NCBI GenBank assembly: GCA_963704165.1
Contig: CAVPHD010000007.1
Coordinates: forward strand, 1 to 64,000
Direction: 5' to 3'
Length of the DNA stretch: 64,000 nucleotides
From: an uncultured delta proteobacterium
GTDB taxonomy: Bacteria; Myxococcota_A; UBA9160; SZUA-336
Below, piece by piece: positions 1 through 14,212 of the stretch. A model generated the notes under the pieces. It made no database searches, was not told where the DNA came from, and saw only the letters and a program-made list of their open reading frames with translations. How positions within the stretch are numbered: position 1 is the stretch's first letter; every line of letters starts with the position of its first letter. The position numbers and the translations under genes were made by a program.

Positions 1-2294
1 ACACGCATCGTCACCACGCGCTTTCCGAACGTATCGCCGCCGACGACGGAGATCTCACGCCTTCCCTGTCATGGTCGACAGCTCGAAGTGGAGCGTGATC
101 GAGGGCCGAAATGCCGCAAGTCGATTGTGAACTTGATCTCGCTGAAGGAAGGCCAGGCCGACATCGCCAAGGCCGTGCGGGCGTCGGCGATGGCCTTCGA
201 CGAGGTGGGCCAGGCCGAGACCGTCGAGCGCAAGGTCAAGATGACGCGCGCCTACCGGCTGCTCACCGAGCAGGTTGGGCAATCCCGCCCGAACAACAGC
301 CCCACTTTGATCTGACAATGCCTTTTGATTCGACGGGATTCGAGGAGCACGCGCGCTCTCGCGATCATCTTTATCTCGAAGCGACCCGGGATTATCTCAA
401 AGGGACGCTGCCTGGCGTGAAGAGTTTCGGGGGGCGTCTCGAACCTACTTCTCGCTCCGCGGGAACTGACCTCGTGCGGGAGGCGATCCACTCCGCGTTC
501 CTGTACCACGCGGTGCGCGCGGGCAGGACCTCGCCAACGCGGACAGCTCGCGGTCTACGAGGACATCGCCCCCGAGCTGCTCGAGCACGTCGAGGACATC
601 CTCTACGTGGTCCGGACGCGACCTGAGCGCATGGTCGAGTACGCGGAGCGCGTGAAGTGGAGCCGGAAGAAGCGCGAGGTCGATCTGACCTGGCGCTGAG
701 CTCCGGGTCGAGCAGCGCCTCTCGCACGCGCTCGTGCACGGCCTCGTCGATTTCATCGAAGAGGACGTCGAGGAGGCGCGCACGAAGCCGCACGGCCCCT
801 CGAACGTGATCGAAGGCCCTGCTCATGGACGGCATGTCGCTCGGTGACCTGTTCGGCGCCGGGGAAGATGTTCCTGCTCAGCTGTGGCGGAAGAGCACGT
901 CGGTGCGATGAAGCGCGCGGTCGCCTGGCTTTAACTGTTCATGGAGAAGGACCACGTGGCCGAGCTGATTGGCCGGGGGTACTCCGTCGTCGCGACCGTG
1001 GAGGTGGAATCTCACCACATCGGAAGAGCATTGTCGGCGTGGTGCTCGCCTGCAACGGCTACGAGGTGATCGACTGCGCCATGGTGCCCGCCGCGAAGAT
1101 CCTCGAGGCCGAGGGCTGTGACGTGCATCGGCTCTCGGGCCCGATCCCTGGCCCTCGCTCGACCAGATGCTACGTCGCTGAAGGAGATGCAGCGGCAGGG
1201 GTCGCGGCCACTCCTGGACTTCGGCGGCGCATCGACGCACCTGGTGCGGATTGCTCCGCAGTAAACCGAGGAGCCGACCGTTCACGTTCAGGACCGTCGC
1301 GCGTCGTGGCGGCGCCTCCAGCGCTCCATCGCGAGAAGGCCCCGAGTTCGATTGGGCGAATCTCGCCTCGAGGAGCGGTTCGGCTCGCGTACCGATCGCG
1401 AATGGACGCCCGCTCGTCGCGCTCCCCGACGCCCGGACGCGCGCCGCGCCTGGCCTTCGGCCGGCCGACGTCAGCGTTCCCGAGTTCGTCGGCCGACGCG
1501 TGCTCGACGACGTGCCGCTCACCGTGCGTGATCGACTACGTTCTTCACCGCGTGGGAGCTGAACGGCGTGACCCCGCGATTCTCGAGAGCCCGAAGGTAC
1601 GGCGAGGAAGCGCGAAAGCTCTTCAACACGACCGCCGCTGCGAGAGCTGAATCGCGCTGCGCGCGCGCGGCGTTGACGGCTTCTGGCCGGCGTGCAGCGA
1701 TGGCGACGACCTCGTGCTCTTCGAAGACGAAGTCGCGCTCGGCGCGAGGCCGCGCGCTTCCCGATGCTCCACAGCAGCGGCGAGACAGCCGCATCCGTGC
1801 ACGCCTTTCCGACTACGTGGCCCGCGCACGAGCGGCGTGCGCGACTACGTCGGGCGCGTTCGCCGTGATGCGGTCGTACGCCGCTTCGAGGCCGAGCTTC
1901 TCGACGACTACAACGCGATCATGACCAAGGCCCTGGCCGACCCGGCCGAGGCGTTCGCCGAGTGGCTGCACCGAACGCGAGGTGCACGCGCGCGGTGCAG
2001 AACCTCTCGCTCGAAGAGCTGATCGGCGAGAAGAGACCCGCGGCATCCGCCCGGCGCTCGAGCTACCGCCTGTCCCGACCACACCTGCAAGAGCGCGCTC
2101 TGGAATCTGTACCGACGTTGAGCTTCGGGGCGCATGACCCCGCCCGCGAGCGTCTTCGGTGCAGCCGAAGACCCGCTACTTCAGCGTCGGCCGGATCGGA
2201 CGCGACCAGGTCGCCATGTTCACCGGCGCGGCGTGCCCGTCGAAGAGGTCGAGCGCTGGCATCGGCGCCGAATCTCGGCGACGAGCCAGGCTAG
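1..2294 (+). other. metH: Degraded mirror copy of the 3' two-thirds of metH (artefactual duplicate)
   Basis: MetH fragments in shifting frames: [64 protein letters not shown]. Confidence 0.85.
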
Positions 2295-2652
2295 ACCGGC
2301 CGTCTACGCGCGTCGGCGCACGAACGCCAGCGCGGCGGTTCCGATCCGAGCAAGACCGAGATTCCCCGGCTCGAAGCGCGTCTGAACGAGAATCGCGAAG
2401 ACGCACGTTCATCCCCGATGGATGACGCACTCGACCTGATCGGACCTCTCCAGACACCGGAGCCTCCGAGTTGCGTTCCCCGGATCTCTGACGAGGACTG
2501 TATTTACCTGGGTGCGGAAACGACGCCGGGTCTCGAAACTTAGAAGGAGAGGACGGTCGTCAGCAGTCCGAAGACGATTGCGACTGCGAGAAGGATCTTC
2601 TCTGGACCCAAGCGACTACCCCTCCCGAGGTCGGTCGAAGCCATGGCTCGCT

Positions 2653-3620
2653 TTATCGCGCGTGCCCGGTGTGACCTCGATCACCAAACGGGAGCACGGG
2701 GTACGGGAACAAGCCCGGGGCGCCGCGCGGTGCCAGAAGAGACGGGTGGAGCCTGGGGGAGTCTCCCTCTCGCCGCAGGGACAGCCGGCCATCGCCTTTC
2801 CCGCTGTAGAACCGGGTCGAGCAGGAGCCCTTCCCTCCCGGCGGTCACGGCGAGGGCCTCACGGAGTTCGTCGGTCGGCAGCCAGCTGGGTCCGAGCCAG
2901 TCGTCGCGAAGATCCTCGAGTCGAAACCGCGCGGGTGCCCAGGAGGGAGCTTGTCTTCGCGGGCCATTTTGCGACGCCGAGGCGGGTGCCGCCGAGCGTA
3001 CAGGAATCCCTGCCACGGGGATCGCGAGGCCGAGCGCCTCGAGCTGGACGTGGCCAAGGCCCCGCCAGGAAGTCCGCCGGTCGACAACTTCGCGTCGATC
3101 CGAGGCCGCTCACGTCGAGCTGCAGCGGCGAGCGGCCGCGTAGCCGAACAACTGCTCGGATTCGAGCCACCGGCCGGGATGAAGACGGCCTTGCCCCCGC
3201 GCACAGCGGCCTGGATCTCCTGAACCGCTCGATGTCGCGGGCGCGTTGACGACCTGCACGCGCGCACCGAGCCAGTCATCGACAACTGCTCACCTCGTAC
3301 GCGGGATCGCGACCGTGACGATCCGCGGCAGCACGAGCTCGCAGCGCAGCGTAGTTCGCGGCGGCGGCGGCCGTCTGACGCGCGTGATCGCACTGCACGC
3401 CACCGGTCGTGATCAGCGCGTCGGCACCCGAAGCGCCTCGCCGACCAGGAACTCGAGCTTGCTGTTCCGCCGAGCGCGGTGCAGTCGTCCTCGTTGGCCA
3501 AGATGCGCGGACGTTCGCCGAGCGCGCGCGCGCGGAGCCCGTCGAGCGGCTCGAGCGGCGTCGCAGATGGCCGAGACGCGCCGACGCGCGCTCGCGCCGT
3601 GCGAAACCTCAGCCAGTCAC
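2653..3620 (-). other. Degraded mirror copy of the D-cysteine desulfhydrase gene (artefactual duplicate)
   Basis: Fragments such as LPTDELREALAVTAGREGLLLDPV and GGKAVFIPAGGSNP are identical to the 4081-5130 product but broken by indels. Confidence 0.85.
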
Positions 3621-3846
3621 GAGTCGCTATCGCTCCGCGACCAGCCGGATCCGCGTGCCGGAAATCTCCTCGACCGTGTCGCCACCCGCGCGAAGCCCAC
3701 GTGCCTTCGCGCGAGCGAGCGCCGCCGCCGGATCGGGAACGGCGACGTCGATCCCACGCTGCTCGTCGTGCCGTCGCGCGCCTCGAGGCACCGAAGCGAG
3801 CTTGGCCGGCGTCGAGCGCGATCTCGAAGCTCCCATCGCCCTTCGC

Positions 3847-4074
3847 GAAGAAGCCGACGGCGAAGGGCGATGGGAGCTTCGAGATCGCGCTCGACGCCGG
3901 CCGACTGCGTTTCGTGTCGGCGCGCGACGGCCGCGACGAGGGCGTCGGTGGGATCGACGTCGCCGTTCCCGATCCGGCGGCGGCGCTCGCTCGCGCGAAG
4001 GCACGTGGGCTTCGCGCGGGTGGCGACACGGTCGAGATCGCGGCACGCGGATCCGGCTGGTCGCGGAGCGATAG
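3847..4074 (+). CDS. 3' fragment of a probable VOC/glyoxalase-like protein, truncated at the foldback apex
   Basis: FEIALDAGRLRFVSARDGRDEGVGGIDVAVPDP...GTRIRLVAER* with one frameshift; ends just before the next gene. Family assignment is from recollection. Confidence 0.45.
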   Translation, partial: EEADGEGRWELRDRARRRPTAFRVGARRPRRGRRWDRRRRSRSGGGARSREGTWASRGWRHGRDRGTRIRLVAER

Positions 4075-4080
4075 CGACTC

Positions 4081-5130
4081 GTGAGCTCGCTCGAGGCCGC
4101 GCTCGCGCGCGAGCCGCGCGTCGCGCTCGGCCATCTGCCGACGCCGCTCGAGCCGCTCGACGGGCTCGCGCGCGCGCTCGGCGACGGTCCGCGCATCTTC
4201 GCCAAACGAGACGACTGCACCGGGCTCGCGCTCGGCGGGAACAAGGTGCGCAAGCTCGAGTTCCTGGTCGGCGAGGCGCTCGCTTCGGGCGCCGACACGC
4301 TGATCACGACCGGTGGCGTGCAGTCCAATCACGCGCGTCAGACGGCCGCCGCCGCGGCGAAGCTCGGTCTGCGCTGCGAGCTCGTGCTGCCGCGGATCGT
4401 CGCGGGTCGCGATCCCGCGTACGAGGTGAGCGGGAATCGCCTCCTCGATGACTGGCTCGGTGCGCGCGTGCAGGTCGTCGACGCGCCCGCCGACGTGATT
4501 CGAGCGGTTCAGGAGATCCAGGCCGCTGCGGCTTCGCGCGGCGGCAAGGCCGTCTTCATCCCGGCCGGTGGCTCGAATCCGACGGGCTGTCTCGGCTACG
4601 CGGCCGCCGCGCTCGAGCTCGCAGCTCAGCTCGAGCGTGAGCGGCTTCGGATCGACGCGATCGTCCTCGCCGTCTCGACCGGCGGAACCCTGGCGGGGCT
4701 CCTGGTCGGGCTCGAGGCGCTCGGCCTCGCGATCCCCGTGATCGGGATCTGCGTCTACGCTCCGGCGGCTCAGGTCGGCCTCGGCGTCCGCGATCTGGCC
4801 GCGAAGACGAGCTCCCTCCTGGGCACCCGCGCGGTTTCCGACTCGAGGATCGATCTTCGCGACGACTGGCTCGGACCCGGCTACGGGCTGCCGACCGACG
4901 AACTCCGTGAGGCCCTCGCCGTGACCGCCGGGAGGGAAGGGCTCCTGCTCGACCCGGTCTACACGGGAAAGGCGATGGCCGGGCTCATCTCCCTGCGGCG
5001 AGAGGGGAACTTGCCGGGCTCCAGCGTTCTCTTCTGGCACACCGGCGGCGCCCCGGGCTTGTTCGCGTACCCGGAGCTGCTGCCGTTTGGTGATCGAGGT
5101 CACAGCCGGGACCGGGGGCCCGCGCGATAA
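4081..5130 (+). CDS. dcyD: D-cysteine desulfhydrase family PLP enzyme (ACC deaminase superfamily)
   Basis: PTPLE, KRDD, GGNKVRKLE (PLP lysine), GGVQSNHAR. DPVYTGKA and FWHTGG have Thr/Thr rather than the Glu/Leu of true ACC deaminases. Confidence 0.88.
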   Translation: MSSLEAALAREPRVALGHLPTPLEPLDGLARALGDGPRIFAKRDDCTGLALGGNKVRKLEFLVGEALASGADTLITTGGVQSNHARQTAAAAAKLGLRCELVLPRIVAGRDPAYEVSGNRLLDDWLGARVQVVDAPADVIRAVQEIQAAAASRGGKAVFIPAGGSNPTGCLGYAAAALELAAQLERERLRIDAIVLAVSTGGTLAGLLVGLEALGLAIPVIGICVYAPAAQVGLGVRDLAAKTSSLLGTRAVSDSRIDLRDDWLGPGYGLPTDELREALAVTAGREGLLLDPVYTGKAMAGLISLRREGNLPGSSVLFWHTGGAPGLFAYPELLPFGDRGHSRDRGPAR

Positions 5131-5169
5131 ACGAGCCGTGGCTTCGACCGACCTCGGGAGGGGTAGTCG

Positions 5170-5241
5170 CTGGGTCCAGAGAAGATCCTTCTCGCAGTCG
5201 CAATCGTCTTCGGACTGCTGACGACCGTCCTCTCCTTCTAA
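5170..5241 (+). CDS. Candidate 23-aa single-pass membrane peptide (M)GPEKILLAVAIVFGLLTTVLSF
   Basis: GGGAGGGG SD-like motif just upstream; CTG start here, TTG in the mirror copy; continuous hydrophobic stretch; TAA stop. Confidence 0.45.
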   Translation: MGPEKILLAVAIVFGLLTTVLSF

Positions 5242-5396
5242 GTTTCGAGACCCGGCGTCGTTTCCACGCCCGGCCCGCGCGTGATGCGGTCACGTCCGCG
5301 CGTCCCTGGTCAGATCCGGGGAACGCAAGGATGCCTCGGAAGCTCCGGTGTCTGGAGAGGTCCGAATCAGGTCGAGTCGTCATCCATCGGGGATGA

Positions 5397-5507
5397 ACGT
5401 ACGTCTTCGCGATTCTCGACTACTCGCTCGCGGTTCCCGAGCCGGGGATGCTGGTCTTGCTCGGGATCGGAACCGCCGCGCTGGCGTTCGTGCGCCGACG
5501 CGCGTAG
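5397..5507 (+). pseudogene. Orphan PEP-CTERM sorting tail ([35 protein letters not shown])
   Basis: Canonical VPEP, then hydrophobic helix, RRR and stop; an in-frame TGA at 5394-5396 lies directly upstream. Confidence 0.6.
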
Positions 5508-5516
5508 ACGGCCGGT

Positions 5517-9224
<3,708 letters not shown>

Positions 9225-9254
9225 GTTACCTTGGGACGGCCGGGAGGAAAGCCC

Positions 9255-10709
9255 ATGGGGGGAGCGAAGAGCCGGAAGGCGGAGTTGCCGGTCTTTGGCG
9301 GGCAGTTCGGCATCGACGCGCGCGGGCTCGACTCCGTGTTCGCGACTGCGCTCGCGCGCCCGATCGACTTCGCCGACGTCTTCTTCGAGTACACGCAGCG
9401 CGACGCGGTCTCGCTCGAGGAAGGCATCGTCAAGTCCGGCGCGCGCGCGGTGGAGCAGGGCGTGGGCGTGCGCGCGCTGGCCGGCGAGCGCCAGGGATAT
9501 GCGCACTCGGACGAGATCTCGCTCGAGAGCGTGGTGCTCGCGGCCGGCACCGCGCGCGCAATTGCCGAGGGACCGGGGACTGCGCGCGCGGTCGCACTGC
9601 GCCGCCCGGCGCCGCCCGTCTACGACCTGTATCCACTGAAGCAGTCGCCGACGGCGGTGCCGATCGACACGAAAGTGCGTCTCCTGCAGGAGATCGACGC
9701 GTACGCGCGCTCGCGCGATCCCCGCATCGAGCAGGTGATGGCGAGCATCGCCAGCGAGCAGCGCCACCTGATGATCGCTTCGAGCGATGCGGGATGGGTC
9801 TGCGACGTCCAGCCGCTGATCGTGCTGCGCGTGCAGGTGATCGCCGTCTCGGGCGCGCGCCGGGAGGTTGCGTCGCAGGGGACGGGTGGGCGCATCGCCT
9901 ACGCGCGCCTCGGGGATCCTTCGACCTGGAAGCCGCTCGTCGACGAGGCCGTGCGCATCGCGCTGACGAATCTCGAAGCGCTGAAGTGCCCCGCGGGAAC
10001 GATGGACGTCGTGCTCGGTCCGGGCTGGCCCGGCATCCTGCTTCACGAGGCCGTGGGCCACGGCCTCGAGGGCGACTTCAATCGCAAGAAGACGTCGGCC
10101 TTCGCGGACCGGCTCGGCCAGCGCGTCGCGTCTCCGGGCGTGACCGTGGTCGACGACGGGACGTTGCCCGGCCGGCGCGGATCGCTCAACGTCGACGACG
10201 AGGGCACGCCGACCGAACGCACGGTGTTGATCGAGGACGGAATCCTCGTCGGCTACATGCAGGACCGCCTGAACGCGCGGCTGATGGGCATGAAGCCGAC
10301 CGGGAACGGAAGGCGCGAGAGCTATCAGCACCTGCCCATGCCGCGCATGACGAACACCTTCATGCTCGCCGGGCCGGACGATCCGGCCGACATCCTGCGC
10401 TCGGTGAAGAACGGCCTGTACGCGGTCTCGTTCTCGAGCGGGCAGGTCGACATCACCAGCGGCAAGTTCGTGTTCTCGGCGAGCGAGGCGTACCGGATCG
10501 AGGACGGGAAGATCGGGGCGCCCGTGAAGGGCGCGACGTTGATCGGGAACGGCCCGGACGCGCTCACGCGCGTGTCGCGCATCGGTTCCGACATGACGCT
10601 CGATCCGGGCATCGGCACCTGCGGGAAGGACGGTCAGGGCGTGCCCGTCGGTGTCGGCATGCCGACGATCCGGATCGACGCGCTGACCGTCGGCGGGACC
10701 GAGGGCTAG
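9255..10709 (+). CDS. tldD: Metalloprotease TldD
   Basis: [27 protein letters not shown] (HExxxH), [23 protein letters not shown]. Confidence 0.96.
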   Translation: MGGAKSRKAELPVFGGQFGIDARGLDSVFATALARPIDFADVFFEYTQRDAVSLEEGIVKSGARAVEQGVGVRALAGERQGYAHSDEISLESVVLAAGTARAIAEGPGTARAVALRRPAPPVYDLYPLKQSPTAVPIDTKVRLLQEIDAYARSRDPRIEQVMASIASEQRHLMIASSDAGWVCDVQPLIVLRVQVIAVSGARREVASQGTGGRIAYARLGDPSTWKPLVDEAVRIALTNLEALKCPAGTMDVVLGPGWPGILLHEAVGHGLEGDFNRKKTSAFADRLGQRVASPGVTVVDDGTLPGRRGSLNVDDEGTPTERTVLIEDGILVGYMQDRLNARLMGMKPTGNGRRESYQHLPMPRMTNTFMLAGPDDPADILRSVKNGLYAVSFSSGQVDITSGKFVFSASEAYRIEDGKIGAPVKGATLIGNGPDALTRVSRIGSDMTLDPGIGTCGKDGQGVPVGVGMPTIRIDALTVGGTEG

Positions 10710-10712
10710 CGC

Positions 10713-12059
10713 GTGGACGAGCTTCGCGACGCGGTCCGACACGCGCTCGACTCGGCGCGCGCTGCGGGTGCGTACGCCGCGGACGTCGGGCTGACGGAGG
10801 GCGAGGGCTTCGATGCGCGCGTGCGAGGCGCCGAGATCGACTTCGTGAAGCAGTCGCGCGAGCGGGGACTCGGCGTGCGCGTCTTCTACGGTGGTCGTGG
10901 CGGGCTCTCGTCGGCGACCACGCGCACCAACGATCTGTCTCCCGACGTGGTCGCGAGCGTGGCCGCGGATGCCGTCGCACTCGCGCGCGCGACCGTGCCC
11001 GATCCGTGCGCGGGTCTGCCCGACGACGGATTCGCGACGGACGTGCCCGATCTCGCGCTCTTCGAGCCGCGAGATCACCCCTTCGACACGGAGGGACGCA
11101 TCCAATCGGCGCGCGAAGCCGAGGCCGCGGCCCGCGAGGTCGATCCGCGTATCGGCGATTCGGACGGCTCGCAGGTCGGCGCGTCGCGCACGCGGGTCGT
11201 GTACGGGAACTCCGCGGGGTTTCTCGCCGACTACGAGTCCGGGCGGCACTCACTGATGGCGGAATCACTCGCGCGCTCGCCCGACGGAAGGATGCAGCGC
11301 GACTTCTGGTACACGTCGGCGAGGAGTCTCGCGGGGCTGGAGCCGGCGGCGAATGTCGGTGTGAAGTCGGCCCGTCGCGCGCTGCGCAAGCTGGGCGCGC
11401 GACGGGTGCCGACCTGCGACGCCCCGGTCGTCTTCGATCCGCTCGTGGCGCCGAGTCTGCTCCGACAGCTCGTCGGTTGCCTCTCCGGGTACAGCGTCTA
11501 TCGCGGCGCGAGCTTCCTCGCCGGCCGAATGGGCGAGCGGATCGCCTCGCCCGGGGTGACGGTGATCGACGACGGAAGTCGCATCGGCGGCCTCGGTTCC
11601 CGTCCGTTCGACGGCGAGGGCTTGCCGACGCGCCGGAACCTTCTGGTCGACGGCGGGCGTCTGCGCAGCTGGCTGCTCGACACGTACGCCGCGCGCAAGC
11701 TCGGCCTCGTCTCGACGGGCAACGCGGTCCGTGGTGGCGGCGCCTCCACGACGAACCTCTGGCTCGAGCCCGGAACGCTCTCGCCCGAGACGATCGTGAC
11801 GTCCACGCCGCGCGGGCTCTACGTCACCGAGCTGATCGGCCAGGGATTCAATCCGGTCACGGGTGACTACTCGCGCGGCGCGTCGGGGGTATGGATCGAG
11901 AACGGCGAGCTCGCGTTTCCGGTCGAGGAGATCACGATCGCGGGGAATCTCGGCGAGATGCTGACCGAGATCGACGCGATCGGAAACGACCTGCTCTGGC
12001 TCGGCTCGACCGCCGCACCGACGCTGCGAATCGCCCGGATGACGATCGCCGGCTCCTGA
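10713..12059 (+). CDS. pmbA: TldE/PmbA modulator subunit
   Basis: [38 protein letters not shown]; directly follows tldD and lacks HExxxH. Confidence 0.93.
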   Translation: MDELRDAVRHALDSARAAGAYAADVGLTEGEGFDARVRGAEIDFVKQSRERGLGVRVFYGGRGGLSSATTRTNDLSPDVVASVAADAVALARATVPDPCAGLPDDGFATDVPDLALFEPRDHPFDTEGRIQSAREAEAAAREVDPRIGDSDGSQVGASRTRVVYGNSAGFLADYESGRHSLMAESLARSPDGRMQRDFWYTSARSLAGLEPAANVGVKSARRALRKLGARRVPTCDAPVVFDPLVAPSLLRQLVGCLSGYSVYRGASFLAGRMGERIASPGVTVIDDGSRIGGLGSRPFDGEGLPTRRNLLVDGGRLRSWLLDTYAARKLGLVSTGNAVRGGGASTTNLWLEPGTLSPETIVTSTPRGLYVTELIGQGFNPVTGDYSRGASGVWIENGELAFPVEEITIAGNLGEMLTEIDAIGNDLLWLGSTAAPTLRIARMTIAGS

Positions 12060-12088
12060 AGTCTGCGGAGCGGGCACGCGCGCGGGGA

Positions 12089-12740
12089 CTACTCGCCCAC
12101 GCGTTCCTTCCGTTCCGCATACGGACCGTAGCTCCGCCCCACGACGGGAACGGTACCGCCAACGAATGCGATCGGGATCGACTCGAAGCCCGCTCCGCGG
12201 TGTCGGGTGTTCACCTGGAAGTGCAGGTGTGGTCCCTTCGTGTTTCCCGAATGCCCGCTCAGCCCGAGCAGCTGACCCTCGCGAACCGACTCGCCCTCGG
12301 CACCGCAAACTCCGACGGACAGGTGGCCGTAGCCGGCGACCGTGCCGTCGCCGTGCAGGACGAACGAACCGTCGGATCGGTCGACGCTGGACTCCTCGGA
12401 GCTTCCTTCAGGGAATCCGTCGTTGATCGCGAGCACGACTCCGTCGCGAGTCGCGAGTACGGGCGTGCCGATCGGCATGTCGAAGTCGAATGCGTACCGG
12501 TGCATCCCATTGTGCGTGAGCGCACCGTCGACGCCTTGCACCAGCCGACGTGGCTCCGAGCCGCCGAACGGGAACGAGTAGTGGTGCGCCGGATCCGGCG
12601 TTCGGTTCGACCTTCTCCTGCATTGCCAGCCGCAGCTCGGACTGCGGGGGCACGACGAACTCGGGCGGCAGCGGCGATGCCCTGAGATCCGTGCATCTCG
12701 CACGGGCCGAGTGATGGAAGACCTGTGATCGCAGGTTCAT
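12089..12740 (-). CDS. M23 family metallopeptidase; N-terminus frameshifted or truncated
   Basis: HRYAFDFDMPIGTPVLATRDG, YGHL, GLSGHSGNTKGPHLHF. A plausible N-terminal part (SPLPPEFVVPPQSELRL) is in another frame from ATG 12740. Confidence 0.75.
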
Positions 12741-12766
12741 GATGGCGCGAGAGAGGAGACCCGTGC

Positions 12767-13186
12767 ATGCCCACCCGTCGCGAACTCCGGTTGTCCGCGC
12801 GCGACGTCGAGCGCGTCCTCGCTCGCGTCCGGAAGATCTGCCTCGCACTGCCCGAGTCGAGCGAGCGACTCTCGCACGGTGAACCGACGTTCTTCGTCGG
12901 CGCGAAGAGCGGCAAGGGCGGAAGGGTCTTCGTGAGCATCGTGAACGACCACCACGGAGACGGCATCGTCGGAATCACGTTCCCGGCGGAGCCGGGCGCG
13001 CAGGCGACGCTGATCGAGGCCGATCCGCGCCGCTTCTACCGTCCGGCGTACGTTGGCCCGAGCGGCTGGGTCGGCCTGCGACTCGACGTGGATCTCGACT
13101 GGGAGGAGGTCGCCGAGATCGCAGAGGAGTCCTGGCGGCTCGTCGCTCCCAAGCGAATCGTCGCGGCGTTCGACTCCGGACGCTGA
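12767..13186 (+). CDS. MmcQ/YjbR family protein
   Basis: RVRKICLALPES...SHGEPTFFV, RFYRPAYVGPSGWVGLRLD, EESWRLVAPKR; GAGGAG SD upstream. Confidence 0.85.
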   Translation: MPTRRELRLSARDVERVLARVRKICLALPESSERLSHGEPTFFVGAKSGKGGRVFVSIVNDHHGDGIVGITFPAEPGAQATLIEADPRRFYRPAYVGPSGWVGLRLDVDLDWEEVAEIAEESWRLVAPKRIVAAFDSGR

Positions 13187-14196
13187 GTCTTCCCCCGACC
13201 CTCGGGCGTTCCGTCGTCGAGGCGCGCGCCGATCGCGTCGATGACGGCCGCGGTGAACCGAGCGCGGCCACTCTCGTTGGGGTGGACCCCATCCATGAAG
13301 TCCTCCTCGCGGAAGACGGGAAGCCTATGCGACTCGACGAGCTCGAAATCCTCCTCTACGGAGAGAGCGCGAAGGAACTCGCGATAGCGTTCGATGCGGT
13401 CGCCGGCGCTCTCCGTCAGCGGGGTGGGGAGCACGGGGGCATCGACGACCACGAGTCGCGCGCCTCGGTCGCGAAGCGTTCGGGCCAGGTACGCGAGCGC
13501 GCGCGTGTTGGCGTTGGGATAGGTGTCCGGGACGGGGGCGAGCAGCCACGACCTCCAGGACTCGCCGCCATGCGGGAGCGCGCTCGACGGCGAGTCCGTC
13601 GTCGGCTCACCGTGCGGCTGCCAGCGACTTCGACCGAAACGCACGAGCGCGGCCTCGAAGAGAGCTCGTCGATGTCGCGCGAAGATGTTGAGCTCGCCCA
13701 CGAGCCCACGGAAATGGAAGCCGGGCTCGCGCACGATCTCCGAGAGGCCGAAGAGATGCGCGACCGTGCGGACGTCGTAGACGCGGATCCGGTGAGGCTG
13801 GGGAAGGCTGCGCAACGCGAGCGGGCCGGCCACGAAGATCGCCGCCCGTGGCTCGAGGTCGGCCACGTCGTTCGCCAGCATGCCGAAGGCCAGCGCCGGC
13901 GCGCTGCCCATCGTCACCATCGGAAAGCGAAGCCCTCGTGCCGCGAAGTGCCGCTCCAGCACCGCGGCGTCGAGCCCGCGTTCGGCGAGGCTGTTGCCGA
14001 GAATCGGAACGTTGCGCCGATCCGGAAGCGTTGCTCGCAGCACCGCCTCGATGCGGTACGGATCGAAAGCGCGCGGCGGGAGCTCGCGCGCCACCCAGGC
14101 CCAGTGTGCCGGCCAAAGTACGAGCGCCCGATCTGCCACGGTGATCGCCGCCAGCATTCCGGCGAGCACCCAGAGCGCGCGGCGCGGCGCGGTCAC
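13036..14196 (-). CDS. Membrane-anchored SGNH/DltD-like hypothetical protein
   Basis: N-terminal TM helix (ALWVLAGMLAAITVADRALVLW), LGNS motif, C-terminal FMDGVHPN (DxxH). GTG start inferred; 3' end overlaps the convergent gene. Confidence 0.6.
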   Translation of the reverse strand: MTAPRRALWVLAGMLAAITVADRALVLWPAHWAWVARELPPRAFDPYRIEAVLRATLPDRRNVPILGNSLAERGLDAAVLERHFAARGLRFPMVTMGSAPALAFGMLANDVADLEPRAAIFVAGPLALRSLPQPHRIRVYDVRTVAHLFGLSEIVREPGFHFRGLVGELNIFARHRRALFEAALVRFGRSRWQPHGEPTTDSPSSALPHGGESWRSWLLAPVPDTYPNANTRALAYLARTLRDRGARLVVVDAPVLPTPLTESAGDRIERYREFLRALSVEEDFELVESHRLPVFREEDFMDGVHPNESGRARFTAAVIDAIGARLDDGTPEGRGKTQRPESNAATIRLGATSRQDSSAISATSSQSRSTSSRRPTQPLGPTYAGR

Positions 14197-14212
14197 CGGA
14201 CCCGCGGTTCGC

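Noticed and set aside
1..3850. Second metH and desulfhydrase copies as real paralogues or pseudogenes
   Set aside because: They are an exact positional mirror of the adjacent sequence including intergenic DNA, with an indel-dominated error pattern; better explained as a foldback read.
4081..5130. ACC deaminase (acdS) call
   Set aside because: Diagnostic positions are Thr/Thr (DPVYTGK, HTGG), not Glu/Leu.
5394..5396. Selenocysteine read-through joining 5331-5393 to the PEP-CTERM tail
   Set aside because: The upstream peptide has no signal sequence or redox motif and no SECIS-like hairpin was identified.
5340..5400. TCTGGAGAG resembling the start of a glycine riboswitch
   Set aside because: The downstream GCCGAAG and CTCTCAGG elements are absent and no suitable gene follows.
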